Shown here: positions 30,138 through 40,790 of the stretch, in pieces
Position numbering within the stretch: position 1 is the stretch's first letter
How the letters are laid out: every line of letters begins with the position of its first letter
Assembly (NCBI GenBank): GCA_027486025.1
Contig: JAIXPY010000087.1
Coordinates: 1 to 56,552, forward strand
Origin: Burkholderiaceae bacterium
GTDB lineage: Bacteria > Pseudomonadota > Gammaproteobacteria > Burkholderiales > Burkholderiaceae
Reading direction: 5' to 3'
DNA: 56,552 bases
Position numbers and translations under genes: made by a program
The notes under the pieces: model-generated
Told to the model about the DNA's origin: nothing
The model's input: only the letters and a program-made list of their open reading frames with translations
The model's database searches: none

Positions 30138-31143
30138 ATTAAAAAAACTAACTTTTATAATTCATGCTTTTCCCTACAATAAAAATGTGGGTGGAATTTG
30201 CGCATTACATTACTTGGCTCATGAGCTAGTCAGCCTAAACAAAGGCGGGGTTTATCTGACAACTGGCTTTACCAATTCGAGGTGGAATGGAATTGGAATC
30301 GATAGGGATCTCCCATTTTTTTTAGAGGGCGACCAATCCTTTTTTTCAAGGTATTACCGGTGGCTAACTGCTTTAAAAAAGTATGTCATTTTTGCCACTT
30401 TTAGACGAAAAATTACACGACTACAGGAGCGTATTTTTCCTGATTTACTTTGGCGTCATTTTGATAAAAATCGCACAGTTGTTGTTTATGCAGAAGTTGT
30501 TAGGGGTAATCCATTAAATGCGACCCATGTTGTTCGTTGGATTATGAATACCCCAGGCGTATGCGGTGGTGATGGTATTTATGATCTCAGCGACCACATA
30601 TTTCAATATCACCCTTGGTACCCCGTTAATGAAAAGTACAAAGTACGAGGTTTATTAACCGCAATTGATTTGGATCATCAACTCAAAACGTATCAAAATA
30701 AAAATCTACCCGAGCGCAAAGGGGGCGCTTACTTAGTACGCAAAGGTAGAGATAAAAAACACAATCAACATCCCGCAGATTTTGTCCACGCTGATCCGCT
30801 CTTAGAAAAAATGAATGATGAAGAGGCGGCTGATTTTTTTAACAGCATAGAGACCTTCATCTCATATGACGATATGACCTTCATCTCTGTGCAGTCGGCA
30901 CTCTGTGGATGCAACTCAATTATTATTCCTGGGGAGGGCGATCGCAGCGAGGAAAATCTCAAAAAAGTGAATCGCATCAAGGGTGTAGCCTATGGATTTG
31001 ACGACAAAGAGTGGGTCCAAAGTACGGCCTACACACTAAGACCTCAATTTGAGGCAATCAATGTGGAAAATCTGAGTACCATTAAGGGGTTTTACGATTA
31101 CTGTGAAAATAACATTCCTGGTAGCGAGGTAACTCAGGGGTGA
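30130..31143 (+). CDS. Putative glycan-modifying protein (WavQ-like; probable GTG start 30130)
   Basis: GGICALHYL, VVYAE..GNPLNA..VVRW, FISYD..TF...SALCGC; overlaps the manC stop. Confidence 0.55.
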   Translation: MSKLKKLTFIIHAFPYNKNVGGICALHYLAHELVSLNKGGVYLTTGFTNSRWNGIGIDRDLPFFLEGDQSFFSRYYRWLTALKKYVIFATFRRKITRLQERIFPDLLWRHFDKNRTVVVYAEVVRGNPLNATHVVRWIMNTPGVCGGDGIYDLSDHIFQYHPWYPVNEKYKVRGLLTAIDLDHQLKTYQNKNLPERKGGAYLVRKGRDKKHNQHPADFVHADPLLEKMNDEEAADFFNSIETFISYDDMTFISVQSALCGCNSIIIPGEGDRSEENLKKVNRIKGVAYGFDDKEWVQSTAYTLRPQFEAINVENLSTIKGFYDYCENNIPGSEVTQG

Positions 31144-31251
31144 TGTAGGGCGTTAGGGGCCTTGCCCCTTAAAATTGAACAGTCGCTTTACCGCATTGAA
31201 GGTTATTTCAATCAATAAGACTATATTTTATAATTATCAATAATTGCATCA

Positions 31252-32544
31252 ATGTTACGGACCTCAATCTTGATTAAAAATTGGATTCAAAAAGTCGATC
31301 GAGCTAAAGTCCTTTACATCGTTTTATTTTTTGAGTTTATCAATGCTGGATATTATTTTTATTTTTTATCCAGTTATGGTTATCTACCTACACCATTTGT
31401 TTTTGATAAAAATGACACCTTAATGGATTTCTACAACCCACTCTATTGGGTTGTAAAAGATGGTTTTTATACCGCCTTTAATTCTGTTTATCCTGCGCTA
31501 AACTATTTCTTTCTTAAGTTATTTACTTTAGGTATTTCATCAGATTTAGTAATAGATCCATTTCAATTGCGCAATGATTTTCCTATTTTTGGAATAATAA
31601 TCAGCTTTATATATATATTAATTGTCTGGGTGGTTGTGAATATTGGAGAGTGGCGAAAAGTTGACCTTGGTAATAAGGGGCTCGTTTTTCTTGCTTGTAT
31701 ACTAAGTGTTCCAGTACTTTTTGGGCTTGAGCGAGGAAATCTAATCTTCCTGAGCCTGCTATTCCTAGCCCTACATTTAAATGCATCCAATCCCTGGGTT
31801 AAGGCTATATATTTTGGTCTACTCGTTAATATTAAACCCTATTTTGCAATTTTATTGATTCAATATCTGAATATTCATCAGTTTAATAAATTAGAATTAA
31901 TTCGTTCTATCCTAATTGCTGCTGCAATTTTCTTGGTTTCCGGCCTTCTTGTAGGTATCAATTTTATTGATTTTTTTAAAGCATATTTGTCGTTTTCTAA
32001 AAATACCACTTTATCTGTTGAGGGGGTAGTCGCCCTCCCGCATTCGGTCGCTGCCCTAAGCACCATTAAGAAGCTAATCAGTTTTGGCGAGGGCTCTAGT
32101 TATACTTTCTGGTTTTCGCTGCTTAAAGTAATTAACTATGTTTCAGTATTAATTCTAGTTTGCACAGTTTTATTAAAAAAAACAACACGATTAGAATTGT
32201 TAATTGCTGGCATTATTATATTAACAAATTTCTCAATTAGTACTGGCGGCTACATATTAATTATTTATATTGCTTTAATTCCATACCTACTACAAAGTAA
32301 AGAATATGTAAAATTATTATTTCTTATCGTATTAATTTATTCACTCCCTTTAGATTGGATAAATTTTTTAGAATTAAAATATTCTTATACATATTCTTAT
32401 TTAGGTGGAAATTTATTTATTAATGAGCCAGAATTTTTCTTATCTATAGGATCCATTTTTAGGCCATTATTAAATTTTTCGTTATTAATATTTTTTTTAA
32501 CACATTTATATAGAAAATACCCAAGAATGATTTCTACGGACTAA
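31252..32544 (+). CDS. Polytopic membrane protein, GT-C (GT87/DUF2029-like) glycosyltransferase
   Basis: D..MDFYN, SVYPAL, FGLERGNL, IKPY motifs; about 10 TM segments. Confidence 0.65.
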   Translation: MLRTSILIKNWIQKVDRAKVLYIVLFFEFINAGYYFYFLSSYGYLPTPFVFDKNDTLMDFYNPLYWVVKDGFYTAFNSVYPALNYFFLKLFTLGISSDLVIDPFQLRNDFPIFGIIISFIYILIVWVVVNIGEWRKVDLGNKGLVFLACILSVPVLFGLERGNLIFLSLLFLALHLNASNPWVKAIYFGLLVNIKPYFAILLIQYLNIHQFNKLELIRSILIAAAIFLVSGLLVGINFIDFFKAYLSFSKNTTLSVEGVVALPHSVAALSTIKKLISFGEGSSYTFWFSLLKVINYVSVLILVCTVLLKKTTRLELLIAGIIILTNFSISTGGYILIIYIALIPYLLQSKEYVKLLFLIVLIYSLPLDWINFLELKYSYTYSYLGGNLFINEPEFFLSIGSIFRPLLNFSLLIFFLTHLYRKYPRMISTD

Positions 32545-32614
32545 GTCATCATTTATGCTCATCTGATTACTTCTTAAATGTATAATTAACAACCCTATTC
32601 AAAATTTTATAAAA

Positions 32615-33388
32615 ATGAAAGCAGTCATATTGGCTGGTGGCTTAGGCACCAGAATTGCGGAGGAAACCTCTTCCCGTCCAAAGCCCATGGTTGAAGTGGG
32701 TGGAAAGCCCATTCTGTGGCACATCATGAAGATGTACTCTGCACATGGCGTGAACGAATTTGTAATCTGTTGCGGCTACAAGGGCTACATGATTAAGGAG
32801 TATTTTGCGAACTACTTTCTGCACATGTCAGATGTCACTTTTGATATGGCCAACAACAATGCCATGCAGATCCATCAGCAATATGCTGAGCCTTGGAAAA
32901 TTACTTTAATTGATACAGGTGAAAATACACTCACCGGCGGCCGTTTAAAGCGAGTTAGCAAATACTTAGGTGGGGAAGATTTTTGCTTTACCTATGGCGA
33001 CGGCGTGGGCGATGTTGATATAACGAAGTTAATAGCATTCCATAAGGCGCATGGCAAGCAGGCTACAGTAACCGCGGTGCAACCCCCGGGCCGCTTCGGC
33101 GCACTAGACATGGACGGCACCTCAGTCAAAAGTTTTGTAGAAAAACCCCATGGTGATGGTATGTATATCAATGGTGGTTTTTTTGTACTGTCTCCAAAGG
33201 TCATTAATCTGATTGAGGATGACAGCACAATTTGGGAGCGTAAGCCATTAGAAGGATTGGCAAGCTCTGGTCAATTGGAGGCCTTTACTCATAATGGTTT
33301 TTGGCAGCCAATGGATACCTTGCGCGATAAGCAGCTTCTTGAAGAATTGTGGGCTAGCGGTAAGGCGCCCTGGAAGACATGGGCTTAA
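32615..33388 (+). CDS. rfbF: Glucose-1-phosphate cytidylyltransferase
   Basis: [39 protein letters not shown]. Confidence 0.96.
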   Translation: MKAVILAGGLGTRIAEETSSRPKPMVEVGGKPILWHIMKMYSAHGVNEFVICCGYKGYMIKEYFANYFLHMSDVTFDMANNNAMQIHQQYAEPWKITLIDTGENTLTGGRLKRVSKYLGGEDFCFTYGDGVGDVDITKLIAFHKAHGKQATVTAVQPPGRFGALDMDGTSVKSFVEKPHGDGMYINGGFFVLSPKVINLIEDDSTIWERKPLEGLASSGQLEAFTHNGFWQPMDTLRDKQLLEELWASGKAPWKTWA

Positions 33389-33390
33389 GC

Positions 33391-34494
33391 ATGCAGCATT
33401 CAGAGCTTGCTAAGTCGGCATCAGTTAATCCCAGCTTTTGGAATGGCAAGCGGGTCTTCTTAACTGGTCACACTGGATTTAAGGGTGGCTGGTTGTCGTT
33501 GTGGCTCGCTTCAATGGGTGCCAAAGTCACGGGTTATGCATTAGCCCCCAATACCGCCCCGAACTTTTTTGACGTTGTTCACGTTGCAGACGATCTCGAG
33601 CAGTCGCATATTGCTGATATTCGCGACTTAGAAAAATTGCAAAAGTCGATGGCGAGTGCTAGGCCAGAAATTGTGATTCATATGGCCGCCCAACCCTTGG
33701 TGCGGTACTCGTACGCCAATCCAGTGGAGACCTATGCCATTAATGTGATGGGAACAGTTCATGTGCTTGAATCTATTCGTAATTTAGATTGTGTCCGGGC
33801 AGCGGTAATTGTTACCACCGACAAGTGTTATGAGAATAAAGAGTGGGCTTGGGGATATCGCGAGAACGAGCCCATGGGCGGTCATGATCCGTATAGCAAT
33901 AGCAAGGGCTGCGCTGAATTGGTCACCAGTGCTTATCGCCAGTCATATTTTTCGCCAGAGAAATATGCTCAACATAAAGTGGCTGTTGCTTCAGCGCGTG
34001 CAGGTAATGTGATTGGGGGCGGTGATTGGTCGGAAGACCGCTTAATTCCTGATGCGATTAAGGCTTTCGAGGCAAAAGAATCTTTGATGATTCGTAATCC
34101 TTTAGCAACGCGCCCTTGGCAACATGTCTTGGAGCCTTTATCCGGTTACCTAGTATTGGCCCAAGCTCTTTATCAAGAAGGCGCCAAGTTTAATGGTGCT
34201 TGGAACTTTGGTCCGCGTGACGAGGATGCTAGATCAGTTCAGGAAGTGATTAATTTACTGATTAAAAATTGGGGATCTACTGCCAGTTGGACTCAAGACC
34301 AAAAAGAGCAGCCTCATGAAGCACATTTATTAAAACTGGATTGCTCAAAAGCACGACAGTATTTAAATTGGGTTCCAAAGTGGACTCTTGAGCAGGCGGT
34401 TGCAAAAATTACACAGTGGCAACATGGCTTTCAAAATTCTATAGATATGAAAAAAATATCTCATGAGCAGATTAAGATTTATCTAGGTAGTTAA
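33391..34494 (+). CDS. rfbG: CDP-glucose 4,6-dehydratase
   Basis: TGHTGFKGGWL, HMAAQPLVR, TDKCY, DPYSNSK, RAGNVIGGGDW, RPWQHVLEPL. Confidence 0.96.
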   Translation: MQHSELAKSASVNPSFWNGKRVFLTGHTGFKGGWLSLWLASMGAKVTGYALAPNTAPNFFDVVHVADDLEQSHIADIRDLEKLQKSMASARPEIVIHMAAQPLVRYSYANPVETYAINVMGTVHVLESIRNLDCVRAAVIVTTDKCYENKEWAWGYRENEPMGGHDPYSNSKGCAELVTSAYRQSYFSPEKYAQHKVAVASARAGNVIGGGDWSEDRLIPDAIKAFEAKESLMIRNPLATRPWQHVLEPLSGYLVLAQALYQEGAKFNGAWNFGPRDEDARSVQEVINLLIKNWGSTASWTQDQKEQPHEAHLLKLDCSKARQYLNWVPKWTLEQAVAKITQWQHGFQNSIDMKKISHEQIKIYLGS

Positions 34495-34550
34495 AAGTAG
34501 GTGATTTATATATTGTTTAAAGTAGTTTAATAAAGTTAAGGTATTAAAAA

Positions 34551-35642
34551 ATGATTAATAACGAAATATTTGAAGACTTATTTGTGCTAGAAATGGCAAG
34601 TAACCACCAGGGGAGTGTAGAGCGTGGATTACAAATTATTAGCGCTTTTTCCAAGGTAGCTCGTTTTAATAATGTGCGTACAGCCATTAAATTACAGTTC
34701 AGAGATATCGATAATTTCGTTCACAAGGATTTCGTTGGTCGTGATGATATTCGCTACGTAAAGCGCCTAGCGGATACCAAAATGTCAAAAGAAGATTTTG
34801 GTATTTTGGTGGAGGCTATTCGCAAGAGTGGCTGCATTCCAATGTCCACTCCCTTTGACGAGAAATCAGTTGATTGGTGTGTAGAGTTTGAGATGCCCAT
34901 CATCAAAGTGGCTAGTGCAGATAACAATGATTGGACCTTGCTCGAAAAAATTGCTACGACTAAAAAGCCAGTCATTATTTCTACTGGTGGTATGACTCAA
35001 AAAGATATGGATGATGTAGTTCACTTCTTTACATCTCGCAACATTACCTTATCTTTAAATCACTGTATTGCTGCATATCCTCATGAGGATAACGAGTGCG
35101 AGCTAAATCAAATTGACTACTTGCGTCATCGCTACCCAGATTTAGTGATTGGATACTCATGCCATGAGTATCACGATTGGTCAGCATCAATGTACATTGC
35201 CTATGGCAAAGGTGCTCGTACATTTGAGCGCCATATTGATATTGATGATGACGGCTTTAAAGTGGCTACATACTCTTCTTTGCCTGCACAGATCGATACC
35301 TGGTTCAAGGCATGGCACAAAGCTCAAGAAATGTGCGGCACTTCTGGAAATCATAGAAGAAACTTTATTGACCGAGAAATCGCTTACTTAGACTCTTATG
35401 TGCGCGGTGTTTATGCAAAACGTGATTTAGTGGCTGGGCAGACATTAAGCGAGGAGGACTACTATATGGCGATTCCACTGCAAAAAGGCCAAGTGTCTAG
35501 TCGTGAATTGATGCTGGGTAAATATGGGCATAAATTATTAACCTCATGCAAAAAGGATGCACCGATCACCGTGAGTATTTTAGATACGCCGTATTCAAGC
35601 GATCCCTCTATGCTTGAGGCCTTTAACAAAAGAGGTCTGTAA
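34551..35642 (+). CDS. NeuB-family PEP-dependent ulosonate synthase with C-terminal SAF-like domain
   Basis: EMASNHQG, KLQ, STPFD, KVAS, ISTG, HCIAAYP, GYSCHE, FERH. Confidence 0.85.
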   Translation: MINNEIFEDLFVLEMASNHQGSVERGLQIISAFSKVARFNNVRTAIKLQFRDIDNFVHKDFVGRDDIRYVKRLADTKMSKEDFGILVEAIRKSGCIPMSTPFDEKSVDWCVEFEMPIIKVASADNNDWTLLEKIATTKKPVIISTGGMTQKDMDDVVHFFTSRNITLSLNHCIAAYPHEDNECELNQIDYLRHRYPDLVIGYSCHEYHDWSASMYIAYGKGARTFERHIDIDDDGFKVATYSSLPAQIDTWFKAWHKAQEMCGTSGNHRRNFIDREIAYLDSYVRGVYAKRDLVAGQTLSEEDYYMAIPLQKGQVSSRELMLGKYGHKLLTSCKKDAPITVSILDTPYSSDPSMLEAFNKRGL

Positions 35643-35671
35643 TTGAAGGCAAGTTGCCCGGGGTGTAAATC

Positions 35672-36370
35672 TTGAAGGCAGTTGTTGTTTTTGGGGCATC
35701 TGGATCCATAGGTCAGGCAATTTGCGCTCATTTCAGGGCGCAAGAGTACCTTGTAATCGGTGTGGGTAGAACTGAAAACGTTGAGTATTCCATCATTAAA
35801 TGGGATGGAGGTACCAAAGCAATTATTGATGGCATGCAATTGCTTTTGGAGGGCGCAAAGGTGGATGCGGTTGTTTGGGCGCAAGGCATGAATTTCAATG
35901 ATGATATTGATACCTTTGATCTAAGTGAGCACCTCAAAATGTATGAAGCAAATGTTACTTATATTTTGAGCACACTCAGAGTCCTAACAGATTTTGATTT
36001 GCTGCAAGAATATGCTCGTCTATGCGTCATTAGCTCAATTTGGCAAAATATTGCACGCCAAAATAAATTATCTTATTGCGTTACTAAGTCTGCTTTGCAG
36101 GGCTTAGTTCAATCTTTGAGCGTGGATTTGGGTAAGCAGGGTAAGTTGATTAATGCAGTACTTCCGGGCGCGCTAGATACGGCCATGACTAGGGCTAATT
36201 TGAGTCAAGAGCAAATCACCCGATTGGAATCAATTACCCCGTTGGGGTCGCTGCCCAACCTAAATGACGTCACTAGCTTGGTAGCCTATTTATGCTCCCC
36301 TCAAAATACAGGAATCACTGGCCAATTTATCGCTGCAGATAGGGGGTTTAGTAATGCTCGAATCCTTTGA
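35672..36370 (+). CDS. Short-chain dehydrogenase/reductase
   Basis: GASGSIG, ISS, YCVTK (YxxxK), INAVLPG. Confidence 0.9.
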   Translation: MKAVVVFGASGSIGQAICAHFRAQEYLVIGVGRTENVEYSIIKWDGGTKAIIDGMQLLLEGAKVDAVVWAQGMNFNDDIDTFDLSEHLKMYEANVTYILSTLRVLTDFDLLQEYARLCVISSIWQNIARQNKLSYCVTKSALQGLVQSLSVDLGKQGKLINAVLPGALDTAMTRANLSQEQITRLESITPLGSLPNLNDVTSLVAYLCSPQNTGITGQFIAADRGFSNARIL

Positions 36371-37445
36371 GGTTTCCACCTCTGGCGGAAAATATAAGGT
36401 TAGTGTAGGCGAAGGTTTGCTTGGCACAATTGAGCCGAATCAACGCGCTATTTTTTTGGTGGATGAATACTTGGTATCTCGAATTGCATTTGATCCCAAG
36501 TCAATTATTGCCATTCCCGCATTAGAGTCTAGTAAAAATTTGGACTACATGTCAGGTGTGATTGAGAAAATGCGCACTCTTGGAGCCAATCGCGATACCC
36601 ATGTTTATGCTATTGGCGGCGGGATCATTCAAGACATTGCTACTTTCGTTAATTCTATTTATATGCGCGGCTTATCTTGGACTTATTTTCCAAGCACTTT
36701 ATTAAGCATGGCTGATAGCTGTATAGGGGGGAAGTCCTCCATCAACGTTAAGGGATTTAAGAACCTCGTTGGCAATATCTATCCGCCTACTGAGGTATTT
36801 GTGGATATGGACTTTTGCCAAACCTTGGAGTCAAAAGAGATCATCGGTGGCCTAGCTGAAGCAGTAAAAATTTGTTATGCCCGCGGTCCTGATGTATTTG
36901 AAAAGTATCTTGAGTTGGGCCCGCTATGCCCATTGGATGGCGCAAAGGGCGTTAAGGTGGTATTTTCTGCATTACTGGCAAAGAAATGGTTTATTGAGAT
37001 TGACGAGTTTGATCAATCTGAGCGCTTGCTCCTAAATTATGGACATACCTTTGGACATGCACTAGAGGCCTCTTCAAATTTCGAGCTGGCTCATGGTGTT
37101 GCTGTTGCCTTGGGAATGTTAGTCGCCACACAATTTGCCGACTTAAATGGTCTTTTGGCCGAGACTGGCAAAAATCAAACTAAAAAATTAGATGCCTATT
37201 TAATTAAACTGCTAACTCCATTGCACGGGGATATCAGAAGTATTCTGGCTGAGATGGATTTAAAGCTTGTATTTGCTAAATTTGAGGGCGATAAAAAGCA
37301 CCGTCATGAAGAGTATCGGATGGTTATTCCGGTTCAGAATGGTGATTTGATATTGCATTCTTGTCCAAGGAATGAGAGTTCCAAAATCATGATTGAGCAA
37401 GCATTTAAAAAGACCTTTGAATTGCACGGCTTTCTAGATTCCTAA
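36354..37445 (+). CDS. 3-dehydroquinate synthase-like sugar-phosphate cyclase family enzyme
   Basis: GGGIIQD, PSTLLSMADSCIGGK, KNLVG, GLAEAVK, LNYGHTFGHALE, HGVAV, DKK. Confidence 0.87.
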   Translation: MLESFEVSTSGGKYKVSVGEGLLGTIEPNQRAIFLVDEYLVSRIAFDPKSIIAIPALESSKNLDYMSGVIEKMRTLGANRDTHVYAIGGGIIQDIATFVNSIYMRGLSWTYFPSTLLSMADSCIGGKSSINVKGFKNLVGNIYPPTEVFVDMDFCQTLESKEIIGGLAEAVKICYARGPDVFEKYLELGPLCPLDGAKGVKVVFSALLAKKWFIEIDEFDQSERLLLNYGHTFGHALEASSNFELAHGVAVALGMLVATQFADLNGLLAETGKNQTKKLDAYLIKLLTPLHGDIRSILAEMDLKLVFAKFEGDKKHRHEEYRMVIPVQNGDLILHSCPRNESSKIMIEQAFKKTFELHGFLDS

Positions 37446-37467
37446 TTTATACGTTCATACCTTACCA

Positions 37468-38538
37468 ATGACAGCTAAACCTTCTCCTCAATGGACAGTC
37501 GAACAAGACTTTGCTCGTATTGGTGAGCAAGCCAGGCTTTCTTTTGATCAGTTGAAGAATGCCCATATTTTTTTGACTGGCGGGACAGGTTTTATCGGCA
37601 CTTGGATGTTGGAGGCGATTCATTTTGTCAATAAGAGTCAAGGTGCCAATATTCAGGTGACGATTCTCACCAGAAATCCTCAAAGCTTCCATTCAAAGCA
37701 TCCGCATTTATTTGAGCATTCTAATTTTCACTATATAGCGGGTGATGTTGTTACTCTGCCTTATGAAAACTTAGCTGATTTTGGCAAATTCACGCATTTA
37801 ATCCACGCGGCGACGGATGCCAGTGCGGAGCTAAATGAAGTTAATCCATTGCAGATGTTTGATACAGTCGTTCTAGGTACTCGGAAAATTCTGGATTTTG
37901 CGGTAAAAGAAAAAATATCTAAGATACTTTATTTAAGCTCGGGGGCTGTCTACGGTCAGCAAGCGCCCGGCGTGGATTATGTTGCTGAAGATTCGATGAG
38001 CGCACCAGACTGCCTAAATCCTAAAAATACGTATGCCGAAGGTAAGAGGGCATCAGAAATGCTTTGTGCTATTTATGGCAAGCAGTTTGGATGCCAAATT
38101 GTTGTGGCTCGAATTTTTGCATTACTAGGCCCCTTGCTAAACTTAAATATTCACTTTGCTGCTGGAAATTTTATTCGTGACGCTATCTCGGGAAAAAAAA
38201 TTAGCGTTTCTGGTGATGGAAGGCCGGAGCGTTCCTATTTATATCCATCGGATTTAGTAGTCTGGCTTTTAGCGATGCTAACCCATGGGAAATCAGGCGC
38301 TGCTTACAACGCAGGTTCCGAGGAAGGTATATCCATTGCGGATTTAGCAAAGCTAACTTCCTCTTTAATTGGTAATCAGGGTTATGAAATTTTGGGATTA
38401 TCTGACTCTGGCTGGAATCCAGGGCGATATGTTCCAAGCAGTCAGCTTATTCAGAAACAGTTGGGTGTAACACAAACAGTGAACTTGGCTGAAGCGATTA
38501 AAAGAACAGCTTATTGGAATGGATGGAGAGAGGTTTAA
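37468..38538 (+). CDS. Extended SDR, NAD-dependent nucleotide-sugar reductase/epimerase
   Basis: TGGTGFIG, IHAA, LSSGAVYG, YAEGK, RSYLY. Confidence 0.88.
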   Translation: MTAKPSPQWTVEQDFARIGEQARLSFDQLKNAHIFLTGGTGFIGTWMLEAIHFVNKSQGANIQVTILTRNPQSFHSKHPHLFEHSNFHYIAGDVVTLPYENLADFGKFTHLIHAATDASAELNEVNPLQMFDTVVLGTRKILDFAVKEKISKILYLSSGAVYGQQAPGVDYVAEDSMSAPDCLNPKNTYAEGKRASEMLCAIYGKQFGCQIVVARIFALLGPLLNLNIHFAAGNFIRDAISGKKISVSGDGRPERSYLYPSDLVVWLLAMLTHGKSGAAYNAGSEEGISIADLAKLTSSLIGNQGYEILGLSDSGWNPGRYVPSSQLIQKQLGVTQTVNLAEAIKRTAYWNGWREV

Positions 38539-38540
38539 GA

Positions 38541-40346
38541 ATGAAATTATCAGATTACGTTGCAGAAAAATTAGTTGAAAATGGTGTCAAACATGTTTTC
38601 ATGGTGACTGGTGGTGGTGCCATGCATTTAAATCATTCTTTTGGCTCCAACAAAGGCCTTGAATGTATTTTTAATCACCATGAGCAAGCCTGCGCAATCG
38701 GAGCAGAAGCCTATTACCGCTTGACTAATGTACTACCGGTAGTCAATGTGACCTCTGGTCCAGGTGGTACCAATGCGATAACGGGAGTTTATGGCGCATT
38801 CGTAGATTCCATAGCAATGCTAGTAATTTCCGGTCAAGTAAAATACGAGACTACAGTTAGAAGTACGGGGCTAGCACTTCGTCAGTATGGTGACCAAGAG
38901 CTCGATATTGAGGAGTTGGTACGCCCAGTCACTAAATATTGTGAAATGGTGACTGATCCACAAACGATTCGTTACCACCTTGAAAAGGCAATTTATATCG
39001 CGAAATCAGGTCGCCCTGGTCCATGCTGGCTTGATATTCCTTTGAATGTTCAAGGTGCTCAAATTGATCCAGAAGCTTTGATTGGTTTTGATCCTACTGA
39101 ATTAGACGAGCCTTGGCGCAATACTGATCTGGTAAAGATTAGTGCTGAGATTTTAGAAAAAATACAAAAAGCGAAGCGGCCTGTGATTTTTGTGGGTGGC
39201 GGCATTCGATTGAGTGGCGAGCATAAAGAATTTTTAAAACTAGTTGATAAACTGCAAATCCCAGTTGTAACGGGCTGGAATGCGCATGACGTCATTTGGA
39301 ATGAACACCCTTACTATGCCGGCAGACCAGGAACTATTGGCGATCGTGCAGGTAACTTCGTTGCACAAAATGCAGATTTACTATTGATTTTAGGTAGTCG
39401 CTTAAATATTCGTCAAGTTAGTTACAACTGGCATTCGTTTGCACGTGAGGCTTATAAGATTTGGGTAGATATTGATGAGCTTGAATTGAAAAAGCCTACC
39501 GTTAAGGCTGATATGCCTATTCATGCAAGTCTAAAAGATTTATTGCCCATTCTTGCCAATACTCCTTATGTGGGCGCTAACAAATCGCACCAGGAGTGGA
39601 TGGAATGGGCCAAAGAGCGTATGCGCAGGTTTCCGATTGTGCTTCCAGAGTATTGGAAAAATGACCGGGTTAATCCATACTGCTTTATCGATGAGTTATT
39701 TAAACAACTCCCAGAAGATCAAATTGTATTGACGGGTAATGGTAGCGCGTGTGTGGTCAGCTTCCAAGCTGCCGACTTGAAAAAAGGCCAGAGGCTTTGG
39801 ACGAACTCGGGTTGCGCCACCATGGGGTATGACTTACCAGGCTCGATAGGTGCGCACAAAGCATCCGGTGGAAAATCGATTGTATGTTTAGCCGGAGACG
39901 GCAGCATTATGATGAATTTGCAAGAGCTTCAAACAATTGCGGGTAATCATTTGCCAATCAAGATATTTATCTTAAATAACAGTGGTTATGTATCAATTTT
40001 CCAAACGCATAGAAACTTTTTCAATGGAGTCGAAGTGGGTGGGGGACCAAAGAGTGGGGTTACTTTTCCTAGCTTTGAAAAATTAAGTGTCGCTTTTGAT
40101 CTGCCTTACAGAAAGGCTTCTAATCATTCTGAAATAAAAGAGGCAATAGCAGGAACCTTGGCCGAAAGCGGTCCTTGCATTTGCGAAATAATCATTGATG
40201 AGAATGTTTCTTTTGCTCCTAAATTGGGTGCCAAGCAACATCCGGATGGCCGTATCACCTCTCCACCGCTCGAAGACTTATCACCGTTCTTACCTAGAGA
40301 AGTATTGAGGGAAAACATGATCATTGACTCCCCATCGGAGGACTAA
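38541..40346 (+). CDS. Thiamine diphosphate-dependent enzyme, acetolactate-synthase-like (YerE-type candidate)
   Basis: HHEQA, VTSGPGGTNA, GRPGPCWLDIP, ThDP motif GDGSIMMNLQEL...NN. Confidence 0.9.
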   Translation: MKLSDYVAEKLVENGVKHVFMVTGGGAMHLNHSFGSNKGLECIFNHHEQACAIGAEAYYRLTNVLPVVNVTSGPGGTNAITGVYGAFVDSIAMLVISGQVKYETTVRSTGLALRQYGDQELDIEELVRPVTKYCEMVTDPQTIRYHLEKAIYIAKSGRPGPCWLDIPLNVQGAQIDPEALIGFDPTELDEPWRNTDLVKISAEILEKIQKAKRPVIFVGGGIRLSGEHKEFLKLVDKLQIPVVTGWNAHDVIWNEHPYYAGRPGTIGDRAGNFVAQNADLLLILGSRLNIRQVSYNWHSFAREAYKIWVDIDELELKKPTVKADMPIHASLKDLLPILANTPYVGANKSHQEWMEWAKERMRRFPIVLPEYWKNDRVNPYCFIDELFKQLPEDQIVLTGNGSACVVSFQAADLKKGQRLWTNSGCATMGYDLPGSIGAHKASGGKSIVCLAGDGSIMMNLQELQTIAGNHLPIKIFILNNSGYVSIFQTHRNFFNGVEVGGGPKSGVTFPSFEKLSVAFDLPYRKASNHSEIKEAIAGTLAESGPCICEIIIDENVSFAPKLGAKQHPDGRITSPPLEDLSPFLPREVLRENMIIDSPSED

Positions 40347-40359
40347 TCTATTAACCAGG

Positions 40360-40790
40360 GTGAACCAAAAAAGCACTATGCATTTTTAAGTAAACATCAA
40401 AAGAAAATTCGCTTTCTTATTGTAGGTGGTGTTAACACAGCAGTTGGATTGGCAGTCTATCCAATTCTGTATGTATTGCTAACCCCTTTTGGTGTTGGTT
40501 ACATCAAGGCATTAATTTTTTCTCAAATTATCTGCATCACATTTTCATTTGTCAGTAATAAATATTTAGTTTTTAAAACTAAAGGAAATGTAAAGAAGGA
40601 GTATCCAAAGTTTTTTGCATTTTATGGAATCTACTTCTTGATAAATCTCCTTTGCTTGCCAGTAATGGTTGAGATACTCAATATGAATCCGATGATTGCT
40701 CAAACCTTATTTTCGATTGCTATTGTTGCGTCAAGCTACTTTTGGCATAACTTGATTACTTTTAAATCCCCGAGTGGAGAGCTTAAATAA
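40360..40790 (+). CDS. GtrA-family flippase; start ambiguous (first in-frame TTG is at 40449, but the conserved N-terminus lies upstream)
   Basis: In-frame upstream residues IRFLIVGGVNT; SFVSNKYLVF; four TM segments. Confidence 0.78.

Noticed and set aside
31155-31169. Hairpin AGGGGC-ctt-GCCCCT as a terminator
   Set aside because: Only a 6-bp stem with no U-tract on the plus strand; too weak to call
34551-35642. Canonical sialic, legionaminic or pseudaminic acid pathway
   Set aside because: No CMP-transferase (NeuA), NeuC epimerase, aminotransferase or acetyltransferase nearby, so the neuB symbol was withheld
36354-40346. Housekeeping aroB and ilvB/ilvI
   Set aside because: No aroK or acetolactate synthase small subunit/ilvC alongside; both genes sit inside an AT-rich nucleotide-sugar operon
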